Origin: Stylophora pistillata | Lineage: Eukaryota | DNA: 64,000 nucleotides | NCBI RefSeq assembly: GCF_002571385.2 | Contig: NW_019217860.1 | Coordinates: forward strand, 390,856 to 454,855 | Direction of reading: 5' to 3' | In this document: one piece after another, positions 24,501-37,581 of the stretch | How the letters are laid out: every line of letters begins with the position of its first letter | How positions within the stretch are numbered: the stretch's first letter is position 1 | Position numbers and translations under genes: made by a program | The notes under the pieces: model-generated | What the model was told of the DNA's origin: nothing | Database searches by the model: none | The model's input: the letters and a program-made list of their open reading frames with translations, nothing else

Positions 24501-27433
24501 TTCGGATAGCTCAAATTCCCATGAAAGAAGGTACAGTATTCGGAATCTGGATGATATGCGCACGTTTAAGGTACATGTTTGTAGTTACGTCGGGTAGTGC
24601 TCCATGAAGGTTGATCAAATTTTTTAAAAATATAAAAGCTAGAGGCGAAATTTCTCTTTGGGATATTGCTCAGAAGATAACATTCTTTCAAAGTCTTGTA
24701 CTTTTCATTTGTCTGAAACGTTTGTTGTTGAGAACATTTGATGTAAACATTGCCAATTTATGCAATATCTGATTTTTGAGTTTCGTTCGCGAATTGCCAC
24801 TATGAAAAGTAGGGGCCGACCCGCAGAGATTTTTCCATATTTAAAAACTAGAATGTTATAAAGAACTAAGTGCGTAGTTTCAGTTCCAGAATCGGTGTAC
24901 TTTTGGAGAAATTTAGACAAACATTTTCCCCGTTTTACCCTACAGCAAAAACGACCGAAACTGTACCAAGATGAATAAACTGCTGGTATGTTCACATTCA
25001 CTCCCAGGGAAAATAGAATGCATCAAAGTAGTTAAAGACAAATGATGTCACTATGTATGCTAGAAGTACCAATCTGTAATGTTGCATTTAGCTTGAGATA
25101 GAGAAATAAACATTTTACACTTTCTGCGATGTTTTTGTATGAAAATGAGGCCCCAGGCCTCGAACAAGCAGCCAAGAGTGTTGCAACCTTTAAAAAGGGC
25201 ATTTTTGTGCATCCCCCCTGAGTGCTTAACTGCATGCAAAATTTGAAGGGGAGTTGAAAATTTTCATTTCCCAAGATATTTGATTCTTCCAGATACTCGT
25301 TCTTAATACACTTCGCCATATTGAGCGAACTATGGCAATTCCTAAATTCCTTAACATAAAAATATTATTAAGCTATTATTATTATTATTATTATTATTAT
25401 TATGGTAGATAGAAGGTAAAGAAGGTGTTAACCTCATGAAATCAACACACAGCAGCTAATTTCACTGCACTTTAATCCATGAACATTCGATGTGATCGCG
25501 ATCCTTTTCTAACGTATATTTCAGCAGATAACCTTAAGAATATGAATATGTACCTTTTGCGCGGTCTGAAAATTTTCCATGTCACGCTTTCTCATTAATT
25601 TTCACTTATCAGTTTGTCAAAGAAAGGTGTTTCTCAAGCGTCGTTACTTATTCCTGACGTCATTTGTTCCCTCAATTCATTTTTGTCATTGTAAATAATC
25701 AAAACAATTCCACAAAAGGATAACCTGCAGGTTCAATTGATTGGTGAATTTATCATTATCCAATTGATTATATATTTTGTTATTTTGACGATCGATTGAT
25801 TTTACATCACTTACCACCGGCAGTTTCACCTCAAAGTGCTCTGTTTCAAGCAGACTCTTATTCTGTTCGTTCGTCAGTAATGCGGCGATCTTCAGAGAAG
25901 TTGCATTACCAAGCGGAAGAGTAAAGCTGAGTTTCTCTGGTAGCTTGAACTCGTCGATTTTTGTTCTCTCCAGCTGCGTCCGTCAGTGCATGCAATAACA
26001 ATATAAAAAAAAGTCTGTTAAACAAAATCCTTTAAGAGACCAGTCACACTCGTTGAAGGGGCCCCAAAGTGCAGTGATCAGATGACCGCTGTCTGCAGGA
26101 CAACTACAAAACAGTTTTAATCACAAACTTTTTAACGGAAGAATATAACCTCAGTTGAAACTCCATCTCTACACAAAACTTGATTACATACATGACCTTT
26201 TCTTCAATCTCACTGCATGAAATTCTTTCTTCAAAATTGCCTTCTTGGTATTATTTTTCACCCTAGTATTTTTAACTAGTACTTTAGCTGAGAAAGCACA
26301 TGTTTAAGTTGCTATCTAACTCCTTTACTGTTACGTTGTAATGGAGTTTACAGAAATCAGTTAATACCTTTTTTACGGCTTGAAAATCTCCCATTTTCAA
26401 ATGTGCAATAATTGTCTTGGCTCCTTTCTCTTTTAAACAGAGTCGATCAGTGTATGCCTTGATCAAGCCAAGTCGAGTTTGTTCCTCCTAAAAACAGCAT
26501 TACAACAATACCTCATTTGTTATTCAGTTCCAAACTCATGGTCAAGTCATTTCAGTCCCAGATGTGACTTGAATTCAAATTTTCCTCAAAATTTTACTAC
26601 TTCACACGGTAATCAAGTGATGAGAATCAAGAAATGCATAAGTAGGAGGGTGTTTGTCTTCATTAACCCAACAGTAGCCAACTAAGCTACATGGAATTAT
26701 GGAAAAGCCAGATTGGAAAATTACTCATCAGGTTTAGCCAATTTAAACGCATTTTGCACAATGTTTTTTCCCATTCATTATCACTCTCTAAAAAAAGCAA
26801 AAATTCTCAGCTCATTCCGAAGGTTGCATTGTGGCAATAAAAACTGAAATTCAAATGCTAAATAACTGACAGAACTCCCCCCCCCCAACCCTCTCGAAGT
26901 ACTTCTCGATTTCTTAAAGAAGACTTCATCTCCGCAATCGATGAATTCGGCTGAAGTTTCCATTTCTTTAGATATTTGGAGAGAAGTGAACTATGATCCA
27001 GCATCTCTCCTGGAAAGGAACCATCACAGCGTATTAATTTTTTCTACAATTGGCAGTAATGTCGTGATCTGATAGGCCAATTTGCCGTTGTCGATAAGAG
27101 TACAGACAACGCTGCTCGCATATTGTCAGGCACTAAACGAATCCTTATATTTGACGTCTATATTGTGGTTAAAAACAAATTAACAGTGGTTTAGCGTGGT
27201 CTTTACTCTTATCGACAACGATATTCTTCATCACATTTCTTATAAGATACCTGTAGAAAACGTTTTCTCTCCCGGCCTCCATCTTTGGTCAGATAGAGGA
27301 AAAGCTGCTTGCGAAGCTCAGAGTTGCTATGCTGTCCTGGTTGCACAAGACTGTACATGTCCATGACATAACAATCGTCGCAGCCCTCACCCAAGCATGC
27401 TCGTTGTCTCCTCAGCGACACGTCGTCAGACAT
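21515..27433 (-). CDS. X3: stand-alone UPA-like protein, 171 aa; exons 27433-27251, 26487-26368, 25973-25815, 21568-21515
   Basis: Close paralog of X2 with identical exon lengths (183/120/159/54). Last exon THLEETKPAVEHDHTSQ* follows a ttttcccgctag acceptor. Intron 3 is expanded to about 4.2 kb, mostly by a fold-back element. Confidence 0.85.
21961..25306. mobile_element. Non-autonomous fold-back DNA element with about 1-kb inverted arms, TTAA-bounded (Kolobok-like)
   Basis: 21961-~22950 is the reverse complement of ~23795-25306, with extra segments in the right arm. Mirror ORFs 22206-22415(+) and 24705-25001(-) translate alike. Ends are TTAA-GA...TC-TTAA. Absent from the homologous X2 intron. 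Confidence 0.8.
25374..25403. repeat. (TTA)n microsatellite
   Basis: Directly visible. Confidence 0.9.
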
Positions 27434-29838
27434 CTTTCTGTTAGAAGAGGGAAGAAAACACATTCATTTAAGAGAAAGCGTCGAGCTAAGTAGGTTAACC
27501 ACTTATTTTGTGCCGAATTAAGAGACATAACCGTGAGCTATTCTTGCCAATATCTTACACCCACTAGCGACTAAATGCAGGAATTGCACCGACCTGTGAT
27601 TGGGAGATATGAATAGCATTTCAATTCCAGTTAATATTTAAGAGCTACTGTAAACAAAGTCAAACAAAATACTGGTATGATATTAATAGAAAGATCCCAA
27701 ACGACGATAAGCATCTCATCAATAAGCTACGCTTGTGTGTCGCAACGATTTTATAAAAAGCTTATAGACAGCGTCGAATTTCGCAGAAATCATTTCGAAG
27801 CTTTACGCACAAGAGAATAACACTGAATCATTTGTCATATCATAGCAATTAAATTTCCCCCATTTACTGACGTACATTTCGAATGGTCAATGGAAGCAAT
27901 AAAATGTACAGAAAATAGTCGTTCGTAGAATTTCAAACGGGGGCTTGTGACACATCAAGAACACGAGACATGTTGTTCGGTTGGAGAGATTGGTGTACAC
28001 TGGTGCGATTCCTGTGAATGCCGCTGTACAGACTAAATGCTGGAATTGCACTCTGCTCTGATTGGCTACTGAAAACATTAAAAATAAGCGGGAAATTGCC
28101 GCGCTTTCTCTGCGTTCGCTTGAGAGGACAACACTCACGTACCTGTGAAATAGCAATTCATTCGGTTCTATTTGTTTCTTATTTGATAACTTTGATACAG
28201 CCCCCTGGTTAAAATGCAATCTTTGGTGAGTATGACGAATTTTACGTTCCATGTAGCCACAAGTGCAGATAAAATTATTTTTTGTGACCAAGAATACGAC
28301 ACGTGAAACGAAGCAAAAAAGGTTCAAAGTACAACAAAAATTACTCTAATTTCAAGGCCCATAGGAAGATAAGTTTTGTAAAATTTAAATCTGAGTGTGA
28401 AAATGATGGATGTAAGAAGAGCTATCCAGACCAGGCCTCTGGGCATGCAGATCAGTGGCAGCCAGAGTAGGTGTAAGGGGCATTAAAATTTTTATTGTGG
28501 GTTCCTCAAATTAATAACCTTTGATATCTTTCAGTTTCTGTAAAAACAAAAAAAAGTAGTCTTGCATGTAGCTGTTAATCAAAAGCATAGGAATCTTGCA
28601 TAGAACCTTACCTGCCATTCCCCTCCCCCTGAATACTTGACTAATGGCTACAACAGTTAGTGCTTCTAATTGGAAGCTACATGGATGACCCACTTTTTAC
28701 AATTTTTATAGAAACTGAAGGATATCAAACTCAAATTTAATCTACCTGTTTCTATCAGTCAGTTTATGCATCAAACTTAAGCAAAAACAATTAAAAAAAT
28801 AGGATAATTATAAATATAATGCCATTACATAATTTATTCACAATGTTAGATATGGCAATAATATAATTGCCTTTTTTTTTCTCTTAATTGTGTGGTTCCA
28901 AAAAATTATTTGTATTTTTGTGATACTTTGTAAAAGGGAAATAAAGGAAAATGCTATGAAAGCTGATAAATGAGAAATTTTGAATCAGCCCCTTCTATCT
29001 GTCTGGTTGTTGTAGATTGTAATCTAATCTTATTGTATCTTATCTTGTGCTTTCCTGAAAATATCACCTATATGTCAATTGGTAGGTTTGTCAATTTGTG
29101 TTAAGCTTATTCAAAAAGAACTTTAAGGTATCAAATTGCAACCGAAAGTTGATTATTATTCTTTCTAAAACATGTATCACTGAAACAGCATTTTTGGCTC
29201 AATTTGGGAACCAAGCTAACTGTTTCAAACTCAGAACTTTGCCTCACAGCTGTTGGCACCTGGACATCAGCTTTTCATAAGATTACCCATTGGGTGACAA
29301 GTTTTATTAACTTGTCTAGTTGAATAATAAAAATATGGTTAACTGTATCACAACATTTAAACTAAGATAGCCACCTAATATGTGCAAATACTGATGTGAT
29401 TTCAGTTGAAAACACCATTACCCATGTTTATGAGCACATGCCTTCATTGAAGCAACATATCCAAGCAGGTAACACTCAATACAATTGTAGATTTTCAGCA
29501 TTTTGGTTAAATTTGAATTCAGTGTGAAGGGCAATGTTTTGCTGACAAATGCTTTTCTAAGCAACAGCAAATACCCATTGAATTTTAAGTGTTTAAATTG
29601 TTACTCAGAAAGAGACGCACTGTCCTTGACTTCTGTTTGTTATTTTCCTTTTTGAATTAACAAAAAAATCTAGGAATTAAAAGGCATCCTTAGAGGTTTC
29701 ATTTATAGTTTCTAATGTCAATGTAAATTGGAATTTGCAGAGATTGGGGTGCACAACAGCATGGAGATGCAAAAGCAAGAACACATAGATGTTGCAGTGG
29801 ACAGTGAGATGGTTAAACAAGGACAGAATGGATTGGTG

Positions 29839-30399
29839 NNNNNNNNNNNNNNNNNNNNNNNNNNNNNNNNNNNNNNNNNNNNNNNNNNNNNNNNNNNNNN
29901 NNNNNNNNNNNNNNNNNNNNNNNNNNNNNNNNNNNNNNNNNNNNNNNNNNNNNNNNNNNNNNNNNNNNNNNNNNNNNNNNNNNNNNNNNNNNNNNNNNNN
30001 NNNNNNNNNNNNNNNNNNNNNNNNNNNNNNNNNNNNNNNNNNNNNNNNNNNNNNNNNNNNNNNNNNNNNNNNNNNNNNNNNNNNNNNNNNNNNNNNNNNN
30101 NNNNNNNNNNNNNNNNNNNNNNNNNNNNNNNNNNNNNNNNNNNNNNNNNNNNNNNNNNNNNNNNNNNNNNNNNNNNNNNNNNNNNNNNNNNNNNNNNNNN
30201 NNNNNNNNNNNNNNNNNNNNNNNNNNNNNNNNNNNNNNNNNNNNNNNNNNNNNNNNNNNNNNNNNNNNNNNNNNNNNNNNNNNNNNNNNNNNNNNNNNNN
30301 NNNNNNNNNNNNNNNNNNNNNNNNNNNNNNNNNNNNNNNNNNNNNNNNNNNNNNNNNNNNNNNNNNNNNNNNNNNNNNNNNNNNNNNNNNNNNNNNNNN
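29839..30399. other. Assembly gap (561 N)
   Basis: Run of N. Confidence 1.
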
Positions 30400-31320
30400 T
30401 GAACTGCTTAACCGTGCACCAAAGATTGAGAGTAAGGTCTACATCAAAAGAACCAACACGGGTCTCCTTCTGCATTTCCAGAGTCATGTTGACATTAAGT
30501 ACAAGCGCAGCCTAGTTAACACCATGGTGGATCGCGCTTATCGATTATCTTCTAACTGGTCTTTCTTCTCCGAGGAATGTGACCGCCTTAGAGGGGTTTT
30601 TCATAACTTGAAATACCCAAAGCCACTGGTTGAAACTACAATCAAGCGGTTCGTTGAGAGAAGGATTTCATCTGCAGAACCCTGTCCATCACCAGACGTA
30701 CCATCGGAGACTGTGAGATTAGTGTTACCCTTCAAGGACCAGTCGTCAGCTAATCATGTTAAACAACAACTGAACAGTCTAAGCTCGAAGTTAAGCGTGA
30801 CTGTCCAACCAGTGTTCGTTAGCCCTAAGCTCGATCAACAGCTTAAGCAACACGAAATTAAGCCCCCTATTGTTAACCAACAATGTATCGTTTATGAATT
30901 TAAATGTAACCTGTGTGATGCAGGGTATGTGGGCTATACTCGTGGTCACTTACACGAGCGCGTAGAAGGGCACAAAAGGAAATCATCTTCTATCTACAAA
31001 CACTACCACCTCCAGCACAATAGTGAAATGCCTGAACGCTTGATCGAGCAATTCAACGTCATCACGAAATGTAACGGCAAATTTGATTGCCTTATTAATG
31101 AAATGTTGTATATTCGCATGCGTAAGCCAACACTGAACGTGCAAACGGATTCCATCCGCGCCAAGGTGTTTGTTTAAGCCGTTCAGTCTAATTTATGCTA
31201 TTCTTGTACCTTTCCTTATTTGCATGTTTTTAAACTAGTCTCTTGAAAATGGAGTCACGATGACCCCGAAACGTCGAGTAATAAATCTTTCCTGGTTTTT
31301 TCTATATTTTATTCTTATTG
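30400..31320 (+). mobile_element. Penelope-like retroelement, 3' part (RT C-terminus + GIY-YIG endonuclease; ORF stops at 31177)
   Basis: KVYIKRTNTGLLLHFQSH..YKRSLVNTMVDRAYRL, CIVYEFKCNLCDAGYVGYTRGHLHERVEGH, SSIYKHYHLQH, EMLYIRMRKPTLN. Uninterrupted 258-codon stretch; 5' part lost in the gap. Confidence 0.92.
31238..31279 (+). ncRNA. Minimal hammerhead ribozyme variant (U3-A8) at the 3' end of the Penelope-like element
   Basis: CTC-TTGAAAA-T-GGAGTCA-CGA-TGACCCC-GAAA-CGTC-GAG: core UUGAAAA/GAAA, stem II with one mismatch, GUC triplet, short stem I CTC/GAG. Confidence 0.55.
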
Positions 31321-32614
31321 TTCCTAATCTAAACTTTGGCGAGATTTCAGAAATGTCGCTTTTTATTGCATCATAGCTTCTATTCGCTTCCTTTTTTAAC
31401 AAAAGATACCCAAAACATACACCAGTTTTCCCACTAAGTTTCGGTGCAATTCCTTCATTTAGTCAGCACAGCGGTTTTCCACAGGAATCACACCGGTAAC
31501 ACACTCGTGACACATCGATCCTATTGTCTGTTTGGCTAGTTTCGCTGTGAAGTTTATAGTTTTTACAGTCATTCAAAGAAATGTAAGTAAGTCAATTCCC
31601 AACGTCCAGATAGCAAAACTCACACGGCAGAGAACTTCGTAACTCTTTCGATATACGGTCTTTATATTTATATGGGTCGTCTGTCTAGTAAGGTACATGT
31701 AATAGTTAACTGGTATAAACTGTTAAATATTAACTGGAATTGAAATGCTATTTATATCTCCCAATCACAGGTCGGTGCATTTCCTACATTTGGTCGCTAG
31801 TGTGCACCCTTAGTCAGCCATGTTTGTTTAGCTGTCTGAGGAAGCCTGGGAATGAGTGATAAGAAGCAAATTATATGATGCGAGGGGGTAGGGGATGGGG
31901 ACAAAAATCCCGTCTCCTCTCACTCCCAAGTTATCCTCGAATGTTTCCTTTGCTGTTTTTTCATCCTTTTAAAGATGACACACGTCCTGTGAAAAGTACC
32001 TACAATACAGGCTAAAGGGTAATATATCCCTGTTTGAAACGTAAACAGGTTGCGAGTTAGGATAAACACCCTCCGATTGAACTTGAGAGATCAGCCATAA
32101 AACCGCAAGTCGCTGTATGTCTGAGATGAACTTGGTAAAGACTCATCACTAACGTGATATCAACAATCTTCGAATCTAATCGTAAGCAAATTTAAATAGC
32201 ATGGATTGAGTGATCAACAGACTCACTAGACTTATACGTTCTCGCGATGATTTTGTTTCGTCTCGATCTTTTCCGATTTCTCTGGCTCACAGTTTTGATA
32301 TCTCGGCGGTTAACACGCTCACTTAAATGTTGAGTTGAGTTGGCAATACCCTAGACTTCCCTCGAGTAAGTGACGCAAATAGATGGGCAAGGAGAACACG
32401 AACGACTTCTTCATAAACTGAAGACCTCGCCTTAACTACAGCGGTTTCATCTTAGTTCCTGTAAAATTGCCCTTGGATTCCCAAAAAACTGTACTTCCCC
32501 CAACAAAGTTAACTCATATCATTTTTATCTATTTTTATCTAATTTCTGTCCTTTTATTTGTGTTTCTGTTTAGTGTTTTTCTGATCTGTGGTTTTAGTTA
32601 CATGGGTCAAGAAA

Positions 32615-34844
32615 GGGGTTTTTTCCCATCTGTATTCTGAGAACACAGTGCATTCGATTTATTTACCGGTAAAATGGAATCCGGAGAAATACGTTTAAAC
32701 ATGTAGAAAGTAAAACTCGATTATTTTTTTCTCTCTTGCTGAAACGAATCGTGAAAGTAGCAACCTAGTATTCCCTGGCCGGCATTTTAAAATAGCGTGA
32801 TTGTGTCTAAATCCCGTGACGGTAAAATACGCATTACGATCACTGATTTCAAGAAAAATCCTTTAAAAAGAAAAACCGAAAGATCTACTCACGCGATGTT
32901 TTAGTCTGTTTATGACGATAGTGCGGCCGACCTTCTTCATTTTCGAATTTTCATTTCATTTGACGATTTCTAGACGGCAAATTCACCGAGCGAAATCAGA
33001 CGTAGTAGCACTTGCGTACAGGCGGAAGAAAGAGGGAAATAATAGGTCATAATACGGCAATCAGTACAAAGAGTCATTCTCTAATCGCTGAACGCGATGA
33101 TCCCAAGAGAAAGAAACTCTATTAAAAAGATTGCGACAAAGGATGTAAACATCGGTCTATGTAGCAGCCTTACCCTTTCTTTCGATGAGTTGGTTCTTTC
33201 CTATTCTTGATGACTTGACAGATATTCAATAACACTCCTCTCTTAGCCGAGGCACAAATGGCCGGGATGCGATTGAAGCTGTGGGATTTTATGCTAGGGC
33301 TCAGGGGAATCCCCTTGAGTTCCGCATTGGACTTCATAGAAGTCGCGCACAAAAGCGTTTTATTTTACTCAGAAATTCCTGAACTGGCAGAAAATAACTA
33401 AATTTGCTTGATAAAAACTCCCTGACTAGGAAACACTTCTGTTCTGTCGTTTACAAACGTATTCATTTAATGTTCCTCGTGGCCACCGAAAGGGTTTTTC
33501 CCTTATTATCTTGTAGATTACACAGCACCTTCGACTTCCGGTTCAGCAAGTTGTAACCAATTGCAAGCGATTAAGTTCGACAATTTAGAGCACGAAAACT
33601 CGTCATAACACTATTTCGTCACTTGCCCTAAAATATCGTGCAGCTCTAGATGTGAACTCTCTAACTGTGCTCTTAAAAAAAAATCAAAAGGGCAAAACAC
33701 AGTAAAATGTCTTGACTGGTTTACACGTAAACGACCGAACTTTTAGGGTTATTTAAATCGCGTGATTTAATGAAATATTCGCTGTTTGTTTGAAATGAAA
33801 TCCTTTTTTAACGCGAAGCAACGCACCGGCTCCGTTCTGGCATTAAAGGAAGAGATCATTAGACGGACAATATAGTCGGCATCGAATCCAAATCGGCTAA
33901 AAATTAATACAAACCCCAAAAACATTTAACCGGCTCGTTAACGAAGGCTGCGCTTTCAAATTATCTCAGAGGTAACCAAAAAACACAAATATGCTTAAAT
34001 ACACTCGCCTATTTCCATAAAAAACCTACTACTTGGCCAAAGGAGTTGTGCTTCAGAACTTTCAAAACAAGTCTTTAGATCTCTGTCAGTCAACTTCAAT
34101 GGTGTTTCAATTCTCTTCCTTATCTTCACAACTTATCAGAGTGGACGAATCGTTTGGAACAGATAGGCAGTCTATGGGAAATTTTCACTCCTTTGCCTTC
34201 CTGTGATTTATAAACTTAGCAAGTCACCCTCTATTACTTTACCGCCTTATAAAGCATATATTGATTTTTTTTTCTAGAATCTCGTGACTGTTCGTTTTCT
34301 CGAACGATCGTTTTGTAATCAAGAATAGCTTTAGTTAAAAGTAAGGGAAATGAAGTTTCGTTTTCGAAATTAGCTACTATTCTTAACAATTTCCATTTTT
34401 ACCAGATTTCGTGACCGGAAAGCGCCACGAATGAGGAAATAAGAAGTTTACCAGTTTCACAGCTCAGGGAATTTCCCAGCAGATTTGCATAACAAACCGT
34501 TATCAATATCGATATCCGCTAAAAGTACCTGATAAGCACATTATTCTTCAGAAGGGAAAATCCCTTTGAAAATCAAAAGATGATTTATAAGATTTTGTTG
34601 AAATACAAATCTTTTCCAGGTCTAATGTTGCTAATAGTACGATCCAGGACCAATGTTAGGCTGTCATTTGTTTCAATCTTGAACGAAGCGCAATGAACAT
34701 GTTTAATAATTCGGGGACATTTATTTTGAAACCGAAAACCAAAGAGACGTGTCTAGACAAGCAACTGTTTGTTTCTAGGGTGACAACCAAAGGACAAATG
34801 AGTGTAGTGCGTGGGATGTCAGTTGAAACCAAGGGAAAAACCCC
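32615..34844. promoter_or_regulatory. Putative bidirectional promoter X3/Z3 with kappaB-like site cluster
   Basis: Sites at 32615-32627, GGGGAATCCCC 33304-33314, 33492-33502, GGGAATTTCCC 34467-34477, GGGAAAATCCC 34554-34564, GGGAAAAACCCC 34833-34844; mostly positionally homologous to units B and D. Confidence 0.68.
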
Positions 34845-35722
34845 TTTTCATTTTCCGATTTTTTTCAAATGCTAATATCAAGTGTTTCCGTCAAAGCGCT
34901 TGATATATTAGGTTTCTGACTTAACAATAAAAAACCCGTTTAAACGAAACCGACTTTGACCTTCCTTTTGTAGTGTAATGTTTACACCGCAAGATTAATT
35001 TTGATCACATCCATACATTCGAATGATATAAATAGGATCGCTCGGACATATCGTCGCAGTACTCAGAGAGCGCAGACGACTCAAGCACAATCACTGCCAA
35101 TCTGCGGAGTTAAAACAAATTCGTTCTATATGGGAAATGGTGAGATTGAAATCTTCTCTTTTCATAGGGTTCACAATTTTTGTGAGTGTGAAAGTAAATT
35201 TTTTTTAACAAGCAATTTTGACTGTGAAAAACAAACGCAAAATTATGTTTTGCGGGCAGATATTTAATTTTTCAACTACATTTGATCATCGGTCTCCATG
35301 AAAATTGAAGGAAAAAATTAGAATATCACGATGTGTCAAGTAGGCATAATTTCACTCAGGAAAGACCGGATGTACAACTCAGAGGTAAACAAACTAGACC
35401 CACCCCTTACCTATAATTCATTTAGAGGCACTCAAATTGTCAGAGATGTTGGAAGAAAGAATTAAATTTCAAAGAGGAGAATGAATATGCTAATTTTGAA
35501 ATATCAAACGGAAGTGACCTCATCATATGAGTATCATCCAAGGTTCAATTAAGTCAGCCTTGAGAGTTTTTACGGCCTCAAAGTAAGTGCGTGAGTTTAG
35601 GAACAAAGATAAAATAAAACAAAATAAAAATAATGGAACAGAGTCCCACAGTGAATATCTATAGATTTGTATAACATTTCGGTTTACTAGAGTCAGCAAA
35701 TAATGAGGTTCGGAAACCATTC

Positions 35723-37581
35723 ATGTGCCAAGTCAGTGGCAAATACAAAGCCTTCAAAAGCAGCACTGCTCCTCCTGCCGTTGTAATCGAGCACAGTTGT
35801 TTAGTAGCGCATGGACACGACTGGAAATTTGTTGTCAAATGTCGAACACCATCAAGTCACCACGAGAGAAATACTACAAACTCGTGCGTTTGGCGAGAAG
35901 TCACTGATGTTTTTCCAGATGCCAGGGTAGAACAGAAACACAACGACTTTGTTGTGACTCTTCCTCAACTGAAGGAGGACATTGAAATTGCAGCTTTTGG
36001 AATTCCAGGAACAGAAGACCAGAAACGAATGAAAATGGCAATCTTTGGAAAAAAGCCGATCCAAGGAAGGGACTGGAAATTAAAGGTTTATCTCATAGAT
36101 GACTCGACTATAGCTTTTAAGGTAATACATATGGTACTTACACTTAAAATTTAAAACATCCCTAGACTTCAGCTTAAGGCCTAAATTTGAGTCCAATTTT
36201 GTTTATTTACAACAAACTTAACCTCCATGGAGCCCCTTTTTCTCTTGAAATATAGATAAGTTGTGGTTGGCAATCACCAGGGAAACCATGCCGGATTAAA
36301 CAATTTTTTGAAGGCTGAGGAAATAGATTTAGTAACAATTCCTGGTTGCAATGGCTGATGACACGAGACTACTAAAGGGCTATTGTCTTCATTTTCGATA
36401 CAAAATATTGCAGGTTATCTAAAGAGTTCTTTCTTTCCATCAAACAGAACGTCTGCGACAAAGAGGAGAGTTTTGGAAACAACTTGTTAACAACCCTTGC
36501 TGGTTTATTTGTGTCAAACAGTAAAGAAGATATCAGAATTGAAATCAACCCCATTGAAACTGGATGGAAAGTCAAAGGAAACAAAGTCCAGGTATGCACT
36601 TAGCACATATTGAGGACCTAAGGGGACACTGTTCTCTCGAGGCACTAATGAGTGGAGAATTATCTGATGTTAGTCTAAGAATGAGGCTTAGTTCCTCTCC
36701 CTCGTCATCCGAACTACCTTGATCAGATGTGGAGGTGCAAACCCTCTTTTTCCTCGACCTCAGTTGAGATTGAACCTCGTAGAACTCATAGAGCGTGTAA
36801 TTTCTGTATCGTTCCCTCGACGTTAAGGCCCTCCCGTTAATTTTTTTTATATTGTTTGATTTACAGAATATTACAGCAAAAGATGCCTGGCACTCACTTG
36901 AAAATTTCAAGGACTTTCCTCACTGCCAATTTAACATCGAGCCCGTCAGCAAATCGAAGCAAGCATTCTTTTGTGGAATAACAGCATCGCACGGAAGAGA
37001 TCAGGCTAACACGGAACTAGTGGCATATTTTGAACAGGTAGGTTTACGATATGGAACTTTGTATGTATTTGTGACGCTGGAAACGAAGGTTGTAAAAGAG
37101 AGAGGGTCAGGCAATAGGAGCGATGAGTGTTGGGAGCTTCAACCCTCCGATATGCTGTCCAATTCATTATCACTATACAAAGGTTTCCTTTTGGTCATAC
37201 TCTTGTCATCTAATACGGATAGAAATGTTAAAAACAGATACCAGTCCATAAAAAATATTTAACTGAATAAGATGCCAAAAAAAGCAAGGTCTTTAAAGGA
37301 ATCCGTTTAAAAGGAACATTTATCAGCTAAGTCACTAAACAACACAGTTTGGGTAAACTTCGAAACTATTTTGCAATGACTGAGTAAAAATTATGTCAAA
37401 CCTTTGGATGGGAAAAGAAAAAGAAAGTATGTATTAAGGCATGCATATTAATTCATTATATTGTATCGTACAGGAGAGAAGCATAGGAGAACTCAACCAA
37501 CCATCTAAAACGCTTCAGACACTGAACAACACCACCCCCTATGTGAGAAATGGTAACACACTTTGTTCCTGTTCTTTTTAA
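35723..37581 (+). CDS. Z3 (type B): partial ZU5 + UNC5-type UPA protein, about 273 aa; exons 35723-36121, 36448-36591, 36867-37037, 37474-37581
   Basis: All GT-AG phase-0 introns, open frame ending ...NGNTLCSCSF*. Paralog of Z2 and Z4. Confidence 0.87.

Larger units (their letters stand above)
27562..31802. mobile_element. CACTAG-ended DNA element (about 80-bp TIRs) upstream of the X3 start codon
   Basis: Left CACTAGCGACTAAATGCAGGAATTGCACCGACCTGTGATTGGGAGATATGAATAGCATTTCAATTCCAGTTAATATTTAA matches the reverse complement ending at 31802. Flanks TACACC/TGCACC. Empty site in unit B at about 12376-12386 (GCGCACCCTTA). Confidence 0.8.

Noticed and set aside
22206-25001. Duplicated ORF pair on opposite strands as genes
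   Set aside because: They are the two arms of the inverted repeat; no domain or splice support.
29728-30487. Long ORFs spanning N runs (also 11416-11757)
   Set aside because: Artefacts of assembly gaps; only 30400-31177 is real coding sequence.
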